A stretch of DNA of 58,241 nucleotides from assembly GCA_964566905.1 (NCBI GenBank), contig CAZMJV010000005.1:1-58241 (forward strand), given 5' to 3'. Positions 10,536 through 18,916 of this stretch are shown in pieces (position 1 is the first letter of the stretch; every line of letters starts with the position of its first letter). Position numbers and translations under genes: made by a program. This stretch comes from an uncultured Coriobacteriia bacterium (GTDB taxonomy: Bacteria; Actinomycetota; Coriobacteriia; Coriobacteriales; CAZMJV01). The notes under the pieces are model-generated. The model saw only the letters and a list, made by a program, of their open reading frames with translations. It ran no database searches and was not told where the DNA came from.

Positions 10536-11390
10536 TTACTTTACCCGTATTGCGCCGGCAAGTTCCTTGCCATCCACGAAGAACGGCTGGTCGGGGCTAC
10601 CCACGAGGTCCGTCATGTCGAAGTCGAGCACGCCGCGGTCACCACGGTCAGCATGCACGGCGACAAGCAGTGAATCGGTGAGCTTGACGTCCTGCGAGAG
10701 CTTGACCACCACATCGCTGCTCGTTCCGGCGGGAATGGAGAGATAGCCGACGCGCTTGCCGGGCATGCCGTCGTTGTCCAGGTGGACGACGATCCATGCG
10801 GGCTCAGGAGCGCTCACCTTGTCGACGACGATCGAATCCGATGCGCCGGGCTGGTCGGAGAGCGTGAGCGAGGCCTCGTCGGCCGTCGCCTTGATGCCGA
10901 AATCGCGGACAGTGACGACCGTCGCGAGCTCCTTCTCGTTAACGAAGAAGGGTCGGTCCGGACTCTTCATCATGTTCTTCATGTCGAAGTCGAAGACGCC
11001 GCTCTCGCCCTTGTCGGCATGGACGGCGACGATGACCTTGGGTGAGGTGACGTCCTTGAGCTCTACCTGAACGTCAAGGTTCTCGCCTTTGGAGATGTGC
11101 TGGACGCCCACGCGGGCACCGGGCTTGCCGTTGTCGTCGAGGTGGACGACGACCCATGCGTCGGTCGGGGCCAAAACACGAGCGACGGTGAGCGAATCCA
11201 CTCCGAGCTGAGCGCCTTCGACCTCGAGCTGCGCGTACTGCTCTCCGGCGACGTAACCCCAGACGCCCGTGGGGGCCGCGCTCATCGCATCGGACTTGGC
11301 GTTCTTCTCCGAGGATGCCGAGCAACCCGCGAGGGCTGAGAGCGACAGCGCCAACGCCATGACGGCGGAGATCTTGAGAATGCGGTTCAT
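10536..11390 (-). CDS. Lipoprotein with two tandem ~120-aa repeats (WxVVHLDxxGxPG ... VAVHADxGxxGVxDFDM ... PFFV)
   Basis: Signal peptide with lipobox: MNRILKISAVMALALSLSALAGC. The internal duplication is visible by eye. It resembles the domain catalogued as DUF7282 (from memory, unverified). Confidence 0.8.
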   Translation of the reverse strand: MNRILKISAVMALALSLSALAGCSASSEKNAKSDAMSAAPTGVWGYVAGEQYAQLEVEGAQLGVDSLTVARVLAPTDAWVVVHLDDNGKPGARVGVQHISKGENLDVQVELKDVTSPKVIVAVHADKGESGVFDFDMKNMMKSPDRPFFVNEKELATVVTVRDFGIKATADEASLTLSDQPGASDSIVVDKVSAPEPAWIVVHLDNDGMPGKRVGYLSIPAGTSSDVVVKLSQDVKLTDSLLVAVHADRGDRGVLDFDMTDLVGSPDQPFFVDGKELAGAIRVK

Positions 11391-11423
11391 CTTCAATCCT
11401 TGTCTATGTGAAGGCACGCGGGC

Positions 11424-14021
11424 CTAGTTCGAGGTCTTGGACAGGCTGGGCTTGAAACGACGGAGCATGAGAGACGAGGTGACGACGCTGACGCTGGAGA
11501 GCGCCATCGCGGCGCCGGCGATCTCGGGACGCAGGATGCCCAGGGCAGCGATCGGAATGCCGAGTGTGTTGTACCCGAGCGCCCAGAAGAAGTTCTGGTA
11601 GATCTTGCGCATCGTTGCGCGGGAGAGCTCGATTGCCGTTACGACGTCGCGAAGATCGTTCTTGATGAGCACGACCCCGCCCGTCTCCATGGCGACGTCG
11701 GTTCCGCCACCCATCGCGATTCCAACATCGGCCTGTGCGAGCGCAGGCGTGTCGTTGATTCCGTCGCCGACCATGGCGGTGACCAGACCGCGCGCCTGCA
11801 GCTTCGAGACCTCCTCGGCCTTGTTCTCGGGAAGGACCTCTGCGAGCACGTGGTCGGGCTTGATGCCGGCCTGCGACGCGATCGCCTCGGCCGTGCGGCG
11901 GTTGTCACCCGTGATCATGAAGACCTCGACGCCCATCTCCGTGAGGCGGGCGACAGCCTCCCGACTGTTCTCCTTCAGAGTGTCGGCGACCGCGATGAGC
12001 CCAGCCGGCGCGCCGTCGATGGCGGCGAGCATGACCGTCTTGCCCTCGGATTCGAGCGTCTCGATCCTCTCCGAATAGGCTGAGGTATCGACGTTCTCAC
12101 GAACCATGAGCTTGCGGTTCCCGAGCACCACGCGGTGCCCCTCGACGTCTCCTTCGACGCCGTGTCCGACTATCGCGGAGAAACCCGTGACCGCGGGCAA
12201 CTCGATTCCGTTCTGCTGAGCGCCGTTCACGATCGCCTCGGCGAGCGGATGCTCACTGCTGCGCTCGAGTGCGGCGGAGAGACGGTAGAGGTCGTCTGAT
12301 GCGAAAGAGCCGAACGGTTCGACCTCGGTCACCACGGGCTTGCCGTGGGTGAGCGTGCCGGTCTTGTCGAAGACGATGGCCTTGATCTTGTACGCGGTCT
12401 CGAGCGCCTCGCCGGACTTGATGAGGATCCCGTTCTCCGCTCCCTTGCCTGTGCCCACCATGATCGCCGTGGGGGTGGCCAGACCGAGTGCGCAGGGGCA
12501 CGCGATGACCACGACGGCGGTGCCGGCGAGGAGCGCCTTCACGAAGGGGGTGAAGTTCGCATAGAACGAGGCGTCCACGAAGCCCGGGACGATGAAGAGC
12601 CAGACCAGGAAGGTAACGACCGCGATCGCCACGACGACGGGAACGAACACCGCGCTGATGCGGTCGGCGAATCGCTGCACCGGCGCCTTGGAGCCCTGGG
12701 CGTCCTCGACGAGACGGACGATCTGGGCGAGTGCAGTCTCGGAGCCGACCTTGGTCGCCCGGAACCGGAAGCTCCCGAGCTTGTTGAGCGTTGCGCCGAT
12801 GACCGAGTCGCCCGCGGTCTTCTCGACCGGGATCGACTCGCCCGTGAGCATCGACTCGTCGACCGCCGAGCTCCCGTCGATGAGCACGCCGTCGACCGGG
12901 ACCTTCTCGCCGGGACGCACCACGACCACGTCGCCGACGACGACCTGCTCGACGGGGATGTCGAGCTCGTCTCCTCCGCGCACGACGCGGGCGGTCTTGG
13001 CCGCGAGACCCATGAGCTTCTTGATGGCATCGCCGGTGCGACCCTTGGCGCGATTCTCGAGCAGCTTGCCGAGGAGCACGAAGGTGAGAAGCATCGCAGC
13101 GGTCTCATAGAAGACCGGCTGGTCCTCGAAGCCCGGGACGAACGTCGCAGCGAGCGAATAGAAGTACGCCGACGAGGTGCCGATGGCGATGAGCGTGTCC
13201 ATGTTGCCGCTGCCGCGCTTGATCGCATGCCAGAAACCCTTGTAGAACTGTGCGCCGGCAACGATCTGTACCGGCGTCGCCAGCGCGAACGCGATGTACT
13301 TCATGACCATCATCGGGTCCCACGCGCCGCCGAAGGTGTTGGCGAGCCAAGTTGCGGCTCGCAGCGGCAGGACCTCCTCGACGGCGGGGATCATGAGCAT
13401 GACCGATGGGATGGTGAGCACGAGCGCGAAGATGAAGATCATCCGCTGGCGCCTCGCCGCCTTCGCCTGGGCGATGGCCTGCGTGTCGTCTTCAACCGAT
13501 GCGCCGGGGAATGTCTCGACCTTCACGGCCGCGTCGTAGCCTGCCGAGCGGACCGCGGTGATGATCTCGTCGATCCCGATCTTCTCCGGGTCGAAGTCGA
13601 CCGTCCCGGTGTTCGCCGCCAGGTTGACGTTCGCTGCGGCGATCCCCTCCTTCCTGGAGAGGACCTTCTCGATCACGGCGGCGCATGAGGCGCAGGTCAT
13701 GCCCGTCAGAGCGAGCGTGACATGCCCCCCGACCGGCGCGGCCTTCGGGGCAGCGATCTCGACTGCGAAGTAGCCTGCGGAGGCCACCGCATCGGAGATG
13801 GCATCCGCGTCTGTGACCTCGGGGTCGAAGGTCGTGACGAGCTTCTCGGTCGCCAAGTTGACGACGGCGGACTGCACGCCCTCCTTTTTGGAGAGGACCT
13901 TCTCTATAACGGCGGCGCATGAGGCGCAGGTCATGCCGCTGACGGCGAACGTCGCGGTATGCGACGCAGTATCGTTTCGGGGTGTTTCATTCATGGCGGA
14001 AGCCATATGCAACTCCTTCAT
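11424..14021 (-). CDS. copA: Copper-translocating P1B-type ATPase with two N-terminal HMA domains
   Basis: [16 protein letters not shown] occurs twice. Other motifs are the CPC membrane motif, DKTGT, TGES-like TGESIPV and [10 protein letters not shown]. An alternative start is ATG 14006, which follows AAGGAG. The 14021 ATG overlaps the upstream stop (ATGA). Confidence 0.96.
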   Translation of the reverse strand: MKELHMASAMNETPRNDTASHTATFAVSGMTCASCAAVIEKVLSKKEGVQSAVVNLATEKLVTTFDPEVTDADAISDAVASAGYFAVEIAAPKAAPVGGHVTLALTGMTCASCAAVIEKVLSRKEGIAAANVNLAANTGTVDFDPEKIGIDEIITAVRSAGYDAAVKVETFPGASVEDDTQAIAQAKAARRQRMIFIFALVLTIPSVMLMIPAVEEVLPLRAATWLANTFGGAWDPMMVMKYIAFALATPVQIVAGAQFYKGFWHAIKRGSGNMDTLIAIGTSSAYFYSLAATFVPGFEDQPVFYETAAMLLTFVLLGKLLENRAKGRTGDAIKKLMGLAAKTARVVRGGDELDIPVEQVVVGDVVVVRPGEKVPVDGVLIDGSSAVDESMLTGESIPVEKTAGDSVIGATLNKLGSFRFRATKVGSETALAQIVRLVEDAQGSKAPVQRFADRISAVFVPVVVAIAVVTFLVWLFIVPGFVDASFYANFTPFVKALLAGTAVVVIACPCALGLATPTAIMVGTGKGAENGILIKSGEALETAYKIKAIVFDKTGTLTHGKPVVTEVEPFGSFASDDLYRLSAALERSSEHPLAEAIVNGAQQNGIELPAVTGFSAIVGHGVEGDVEGHRVVLGNRKLMVRENVDTSAYSERIETLESEGKTVMLAAIDGAPAGLIAVADTLKENSREAVARLTEMGVEVFMITGDNRRTAEAIASQAGIKPDHVLAEVLPENKAEEVSKLQARGLVTAMVGDGINDTPALAQADVGIAMGGGTDVAMETGGVVLIKNDLRDVVTAIELSRATMRKIYQNFFWALGYNTLGIPIAALGILRPEIAGAAMALSSVSVVTSSLMLRRFKPSLSKTSN

Positions 14022-15442
14022 CGGACTACCACTGTTCCAAAGACCATTTCCATACCGCAGAAGAACTCGTATTCGCCGGGCTCGAGCGCGTCGAGCTTGA
14101 CGGTGACCGGACCGTTGGAGAGGTCCGCGGAGAAATCAAGGTCACGGGAGAAGACCTCGGACGTGCATCCCGAGCCCCGGCCGAACGTCAGTTCCGTTGG
14201 CACCCCCGCCGCAAGAACGATGCGGTTGGGGTCATAGTACCCCTTGCTCAGGTCGATGGTGATCCGCTGCACGCCGCCCTCGGCGACCGCGGTCCCCTCG
14301 ATAGGTTCGACCGGCGCAGATCCGCCTCCGCAACAGGCACAGCTCGCGCCCCCTGAAGATGAGACATCGGCCAGTGGCGCCGCCGCTGACGCTGCGGGCG
14401 CGCCGTCCTGCTCCGAATACACGATGAGCTGTCCGGACATCATGCCCATTCCGCAGGTTAGCGTGTAGGTGCCTGCGGCCGAGGCGGGCACGTCCACGAA
14501 GGTGACGGCATTGTCGGCCAGGTTGGCGAACACGTCGAGCTGCGGGATGGCGAGCTGAGCGCTGCACCCGTTGGACTCGCGACGGTCGACGCGGATACGA
14601 ACCGGTCGGTTCTCGGGAATCGCGAGGGACTGGGGAGAGAACCGTGAGTTGTCGATCACGAGGTCGACCTCGACTACTCCGTCGTCGGCGACGCGATAGT
14701 CGCCGAGAGTGGTCGACTTCTCGCCGGCGAACGCCATCTTCACCGCGGACGAATTCAGGGGGAAACCGAGGAGGGTAGCACCTCGATCCAACATGACTCC
14801 GCCGAGGACGAGAATCACGATGGCGCCCACAACGGCCATGTTCTTCTTAAACCTCTCACCAAGCTTGCTCGAGACCGCGCCGAACACGAGCATGAGCGGC
14901 AACGTGCCCAAGGCAAAACCCAGCATCGCGATCGCGCCTGCGGCAGGCGAGCCAGCGCCTGCGGCGGCAAGCTGCGCTGCCTGAAGCGGTGCACAGGGCA
15001 TGAGGCCGGTCATGAGGCCGAAGGTGATCGGCGTGCTGAGCGAGGTCTTGCCGTCCGCGACATCCGACTTCGCCTTGCGGCGCAGGCTGCCAAGCGCCTT
15101 CACATAGAACGCCGGGGCCTGCGGAAGGTAGCGGCGGACGCTCTTGCCGACGGTGGTCATGGAGAACCCGATCGCGATCATGAACGCGCCGGCGACGATG
15201 GTCACCCAGCCGCGGATGCCGCCGAGGTTCAACAGAGAGCCGACCCCTCCGAGGACGAGTCCGACCGCCATGTAGCTGAGTACCTTCGCACCTTGGTACG
15301 CAAGGTGCGGGAGAAGACGCTTGAACCACGAATCGGTGGGATTCGCGTTGATGCCGTAGGTGACGACCATGGTGCCGCACATGGCGACGCAGTGGACGCT
15401 TGTCACAAGACCGGCGATGAACAGAGGGAAGAACAGATTCAT
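14018..15442 (-). CDS. Fusion protein: DsbD_2/TauE-like polytopic membrane domain + two His-less cupredoxin-like domains
   Basis: The N-terminus has [11 protein letters not shown] and GLMPCAPL membrane motifs. The C-terminus has two homologous ~100-aa domains ending [16 protein letters not shown] and [16 protein letters not shown], each with an upstream GC[ST] motif. They are joined by a Cys-rich linker, [15 protein letters not shown]. The start is uncertain (ATG 15442 MNLFFPL.., or 15493). Confidence 0.85.
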   Translation of the reverse strand: MNLFFPLFIAGLVTSVHCVAMCGTMVVTYGINANPTDSWFKRLLPHLAYQGAKVLSYMAVGLVLGGVGSLLNLGGIRGWVTIVAGAFMIAIGFSMTTVGKSVRRYLPQAPAFYVKALGSLRRKAKSDVADGKTSLSTPITFGLMTGLMPCAPLQAAQLAAAGAGSPAAGAIAMLGFALGTLPLMLVFGAVSSKLGERFKKNMAVVGAIVILVLGGVMLDRGATLLGFPLNSSAVKMAFAGEKSTTLGDYRVADDGVVEVDLVIDNSRFSPQSLAIPENRPVRIRVDRRESNGCSAQLAIPQLDVFANLADNAVTFVDVPASAAGTYTLTCGMGMMSGQLIVYSEQDGAPAASAAAPLADVSSSGGASCACCGGGSAPVEPIEGTAVAEGGVQRITIDLSKGYYDPNRIVLAAGVPTELTFGRGSGCTSEVFSRDLDFSADLSNGPVTVKLDALEPGEYEFFCGMEMVFGTVVVR

Positions 15443-15509
15443 TGGGTTTCCGCTTCTCTTGAAATGAAATCGCGCACAGGAAGAGACGGCCATCGGCCGC
15501 GCGCGTCTT

Positions 15510-15890
15510 CTAAATCAGGAGAGGGGTGGACCCCCGTCGGGGAGGAGGTATCGGCCCGGATCGTCCGTCGCTGAGGGAGTTCGACGTGATCGCGGCTACC
15601 GCGTTGAATCTCACGGCGAGAATCGCTGCGAGCGCGACGAATGCGAGCAGCAACGACTGCAACGAGCCGCCGAAGCCGGCAACGCCGCCCGAGGAGGGAT
15701 CGGTAGAGGACAACGAGTGCGGGATGCATCCGGGGTCGGCGACGTCCATCGTCGTGCAGACGAGCATGATGCAGGCGGGCATGAGGGCGAGCGCTACCAT
15801 CACGGCGAGCATGAGCCGCATGTAGTGCGAGCTATGTCGGGTAGCGACGGGCACGGCCCCTCCATGCGACTTGGGATTCTGCGAATCCAC
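15510..15890 (-). CDS. Hypothetical small membrane protein (start uncertain: GTG 15890 or ATG 15821)
   Basis: It has two hydrophobic segments (MRLMLAVMVALALMPACIMLVCTT and LQSLLLAFVALAAILAV) and leads the copper gene set. I see no clear SD and no recognised family. Confidence 0.4.
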   Translation of the reverse strand: MDSQNPKSHGGAVPVATRHSSHYMRLMLAVMVALALMPACIMLVCTTMDVADPGCIPHSLSSTDPSSGGVAGFGGSLQSLLLAFVALAAILAVRFNAVAAITSNSLSDGRSGPIPPPRRGSTPLLI

Positions 15891-15908
15891 CTGCGCGGAG
15901 TCTACGCT

Positions 15909-15933
15909 ATTCCCTATTCATGAAGTAGGGAAT
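15909..15933. promoter_or_regulatory. Perfect 8-9-8 inverted repeat ATTCCCTA-N9-TAGGGAAT, candidate operator
   Basis: attccctattcatgaagtagggaat lies in an AT-rich 98-nt gap between lpd and the first gene of the copper set. It is 18 nt from GTG 15890 and 88 nt from ATG 15821. Confidence 0.45.
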
Positions 15934-15988
15934 TCACAATTTCCCGACATGGGCCTGCCAAGTGCCCCACTGCGGAATCAACGCGAGA

Positions 15989-17368
15989 TCAGACTTTCGA
16001 TGCCAGCGCATGCGCGGCGGCTTTGACCGCTTCCGATACGGTCGGGTGCGCGTGGGTCGCATGGGCGACATCCTCCACGGTCATGCCCGTCCGGATCGCG
16101 AAGGCCACCTCGTGGATGATCTCGACTGCGTGAGGACCGACGATCTGGCATCCGATCACGTGACCGCTGCCCTTCTCGGCGACCAACTGCACGAATCCCT
16201 CTGTCTCGCCTTCAGCGAGGGCCTTGCCGTTGCCGGTGAACTTGGCGACGCTCGCCACCGAGTCGACGCCGCGCTCCTTGGCTCCTTCTCGGGTGGACCC
16301 TACCACGGCGACCTCGGGGAACGTGTAGACGCACGCGGGAACGCAGTCGTAGCGCACGGTCGACTCGGGCTTCTCGCCCTTGAGCAGTGCGACAGCATTG
16401 CGTGCAGCCGCCACACCCTCGTCCTCGGCGACGTGCGCGAGCATCCAACCTCCGATGAGGTCGCCGATGGCGAACACGCCCTCGACGTTGGTGCGGTAGA
16501 GCTCGTCGACCGAAAGGGCCGCGCGGTCGAAATCGAGCCCGGCCTCCTCGAAGCCGAAGCCCCGCGAACGCGGACGACGGCCGACCGCGCTGAGGAGCAC
16601 GTCCGCCTCCAGCATGTCACCGCCCGAGAGTACCGTCCTCACGCGGTCGCCGACCTGCTCGACCGCTGTGACCGACTCGGCGAGACGGAAGACGACGCCG
16701 GCCTTCTCCAACTCGGCCTTCACGGCGCGAGCGACGCGGGTATCGTTTCCCGGGAGGACCTGCGGGGCCATCTCGACGACGGTCACCTTCGAACCGAACG
16801 TCGCCCATGCGCAGGCGAACTCCAGTCCGATCACGCCGCCCCCCAAGACGATCGCCTCTCCGGGGATGTCGCTGACGGCACACGCCTCGTCGCTGGTCCA
16901 GACTCCCGCGAGGTCATGGTCGATGAAGGGAAGGCGCACCACCTCGGAGCCGGTGGCGAGGATGACCGCGTCCGACTCGATCTTTGACTCACTGCCGTCC
17001 GCATCGACAACCTTGACGACATTGGCGGACACAAGACTGCCGATCCCATTGACGACGTCGACCTTGAGACGGCGCGCCTCGCTCTCGACCTGTCCGACGA
17101 GAGTGTCGACGACACCCTCCTTGCGCAGACGAAGGGCGTCGACGTCGAGCTTCATCGGACCCGCAGCCAGCCCGAACTCGGCGGCTCGCGCGTTGTCGCG
17201 CATGATGTGGGCGCTCCGGAGGATGGTCTTGGTGGGGATGCATCCCCGGTTGAGGCACGTTCCGCCCAGTCGGTCGCTCTCGACCAGCGTGACCTGCGCC
17301 CCGAGTCGTGCGGCCTCGAACGCCGCGCTGTATCCGCCGGGACCTCCGCCAAGAACCGTGATGCGCAT
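15989..17368 (-). CDS. lpd: Dihydrolipoyl dehydrogenase-type flavoprotein disulfide reductase
   Basis: Motifs are the GGGPGGYSAA FAD-binding site, the redox-active GGTCLNRGCIPTK and the C-terminal HAHPTVSEA His-Glu dyad. GGAGGAG precedes the ATG. Confidence 0.9.
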   Translation of the reverse strand: MRITVLGGGPGGYSAAFEAARLGAQVTLVESDRLGGTCLNRGCIPTKTILRSAHIMRDNARAAEFGLAAGPMKLDVDALRLRKEGVVDTLVGQVESEARRLKVDVVNGIGSLVSANVVKVVDADGSESKIESDAVILATGSEVVRLPFIDHDLAGVWTSDEACAVSDIPGEAIVLGGGVIGLEFACAWATFGSKVTVVEMAPQVLPGNDTRVARAVKAELEKAGVVFRLAESVTAVEQVGDRVRTVLSGGDMLEADVLLSAVGRRPRSRGFGFEEAGLDFDRAALSVDELYRTNVEGVFAIGDLIGGWMLAHVAEDEGVAAARNAVALLKGEKPESTVRYDCVPACVYTFPEVAVVGSTREGAKERGVDSVASVAKFTGNGKALAEGETEGFVQLVAEKGSGHVIGCQIVGPHAVEIIHEVAFAIRTGMTVEDVAHATHAHPTVSEAVKAAAHALASKV

Positions 17369-17395
17369 GACTCCTCCATTGTGAGAAACCGATTA

Positions 17396-18106
17396 CTAGT
17401 GAAAGTGAACGTTCGTGAACGCCAGCCAGACCAGGAACACTGCGAAGACGAGCATAACCCAACCGCCGACCACCGTGACGATCCGGCCGGCGCGGGCTGC
17501 GGAAGACGATTCGGTGATGCGCAGAGCCCAGCCGGCAGACGTCCCCGCGGCGATCACCAATAGGGAATGCCCGATAGCGTAGGAGAGCAGCATCATCACG
17601 CCGGCGAGGACACCGAGACCGCCGCTCGCGACTACCGCGAGGATCGCGATCAGCACGGGAGTCGAGCAGGGAGAGGAGAAGGCACCTCCCACCATGCCGA
17701 GCAACAACGCCCCGAGATACCCGCTGCGCCTCGAACCGTGAAGGTGGTGCAGGTGGGGCAGAATGCTGATCTTCCCCCATAGTTGCAGCGCCATGACTAC
17801 CATGAGCACGGCGAGGAGGAGATACCACCATCGACCCGCCTCATGCAAGAACTCCCCCACCACTGCAGTCAGTGCCCCCAGCACGACGAGCGTGATGGCG
17901 GCACCGGCCGAGTACGTGAGGGAGTAGAGCAGTGGCGTGCGCCTGTCTTCGCCCGAGTACCCGCTCACGTATCCCACGATGAGCGGGATGCTCGAGAGAC
18001 AGCAGGGCGTCAGGGACGCCGCGAGTCCCGCGACGAGCGCGATAAGGGGTCCGATCCAGAGATTCCCCGATATCGCGCTCGCGAGTGCGGCGACGACGGA
18101 CTCCAC
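17396..18106 (-). CDS. ccdA: CcdA/DsbD-family thiol-disulfide transmembrane electron transporter
   Basis: It is a polytopic 236-aa protein with LTPCCLSSIPLIVGYV and FSSPCSTPVL motifs. The GTG start lies 2 nt after the upstream stop. Confidence 0.85.
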   Translation of the reverse strand: MESVVAALASAISGNLWIGPLIALVAGLAASLTPCCLSSIPLIVGYVSGYSGEDRRTPLLYSLTYSAGAAITLVVLGALTAVVGEFLHEAGRWWYLLLAVLMVVMALQLWGKISILPHLHHLHGSRRSGYLGALLLGMVGGAFSSPCSTPVLIAILAVVASGGLGVLAGVMMLLSYAIGHSLLVIAAGTSAGWALRITESSSAARAGRIVTVVGGWVMLVFAVFLVWLAFTNVHFH

Positions 18107-18108
18107 GT

Positions 18109-18795
18109 TTAGTTGGGCGAACCCGTGGGTGCGAGCTGGAACTTCTGGAGTATCTCGAGCATCGCCTCGTCAGTCGTGCCGATCTCACCGTCGCGCACTC
18201 CGGTGCAACCATCGGTGTCGGAACCGGTCAGCATGTGAGCTTTGGTGAGGTTGGCCGCAGCCGCCTCGGTGCCCTGCGTGGCCATGTCGTAGTAGACGAA
18301 GCGTACCGAAGCGGGGTCGTACGACTGGGAGAATCGCTCGAAGGCATCCTTGACCTTGAGGCAGTTGTCGCATCCGTCGCCGCCGTAGGTGAACGTCGCA
18401 GTGACAGCCTCGGAGTTGCCGCTGCCGATCGCCGCGGACGCCTCCTCGACCGACGTGAAGTGCCCGCCCTTGTAGACCAGCGTCGTGTGATCGCCCGCAT
18501 CGCAGATGTTGACCAGCGCGCCCTCGGCCTCAGCCCCGTCGATCGCGGGGATGGCGCCCGGCGTCTTCTTGAAGTCGACGAACTCGAAGATCACGTCCTG
18601 GCCCTCGAGCGCCTGCTGGACGTAGTCCCTGCTGGCGACGCAATCGTCGCAGGACTCGTCGCCGACGAGGATGTAGCGCGCCTTTCCGCCCGAACTCACC
18701 TTTGCCTGGTCTCCGGTGTTAGAGACCGAGAATCCGACGATCGCGGCCAGCACGACAACGACCGCGCCGACTATGAGCATCTGCTTGTTCTTCAT
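18109..18795 (-). CDS. Membrane-anchored protein with two thioredoxin/glutaredoxin-like halves (CDDC and CDNC motifs)
   Basis: It has an N-terminal signal anchor (MKNKQMLIVGAVVVVLAAIVGF). Two similar halves follow: YILVGDESCDDCVASRDYV.. and TFTYGGDGCDNCLKVKDAF.. GGGAGGAA precedes the ATG. Confidence 0.75.
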   Translation of the reverse strand: MKNKQMLIVGAVVVVLAAIVGFSVSNTGDQAKVSSGGKARYILVGDESCDDCVASRDYVQQALEGQDVIFEFVDFKKTPGAIPAIDGAEAEGALVNICDAGDHTTLVYKGGHFTSVEEASAAIGSGNSEAVTATFTYGGDGCDNCLKVKDAFERFSQSYDPASVRFVYYDMATQGTEAAAANLTKAHMLTGSDTDGCTGVRDGEIGTTDEAMLEILQKFQLAPTGSPN

Positions 18796-18916
18796 AACGA
18801 GGTTCCTCCCATACGAGAAATATGTTCGAAATCTTTATCCGAGCGAGAATACTATGGATTTGGCGTGGAGAACCGCAATGGTCGTCTCCACCACGATAAG
18901 CACACGAACTCGCGTG

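Noticed and set aside
12345-13688. 447-aa plus-strand ORF inside copA. The same applies to 3559..4641, 4689..5987, 21341..22894, 43709..44467, 44418..45545, 49441..50625 and 15962..16987.
   Set aside because: All lie antisense to genes with unambiguous conserved motifs (CopA, GatB, GatA, MetH, Prs, GlmU, TatD, Lpd). None has a recognisable domain or a ribosome-binding site.
15989-17368. Possibility that the flavoprotein next to the metal genes is mercuric reductase (MerA)
   Set aside because: It has no N-terminal HMA (NmerA) domain and no C-terminal vicinal Cys pair. The C-terminus carries the HAHPTVSE His-Glu dyad typical of dihydrolipoyl dehydrogenases.
16989-17831. 280-aa minus-strand ORF bridging lpd and ccdA. 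The same applies to 9075..10064, 4831..5799, 30770..31411 and 53286..54356.
   Set aside because: These are same-strand but out-of-frame overlaps with strongly supported genes. The translations are Arg-rich and motif-free.
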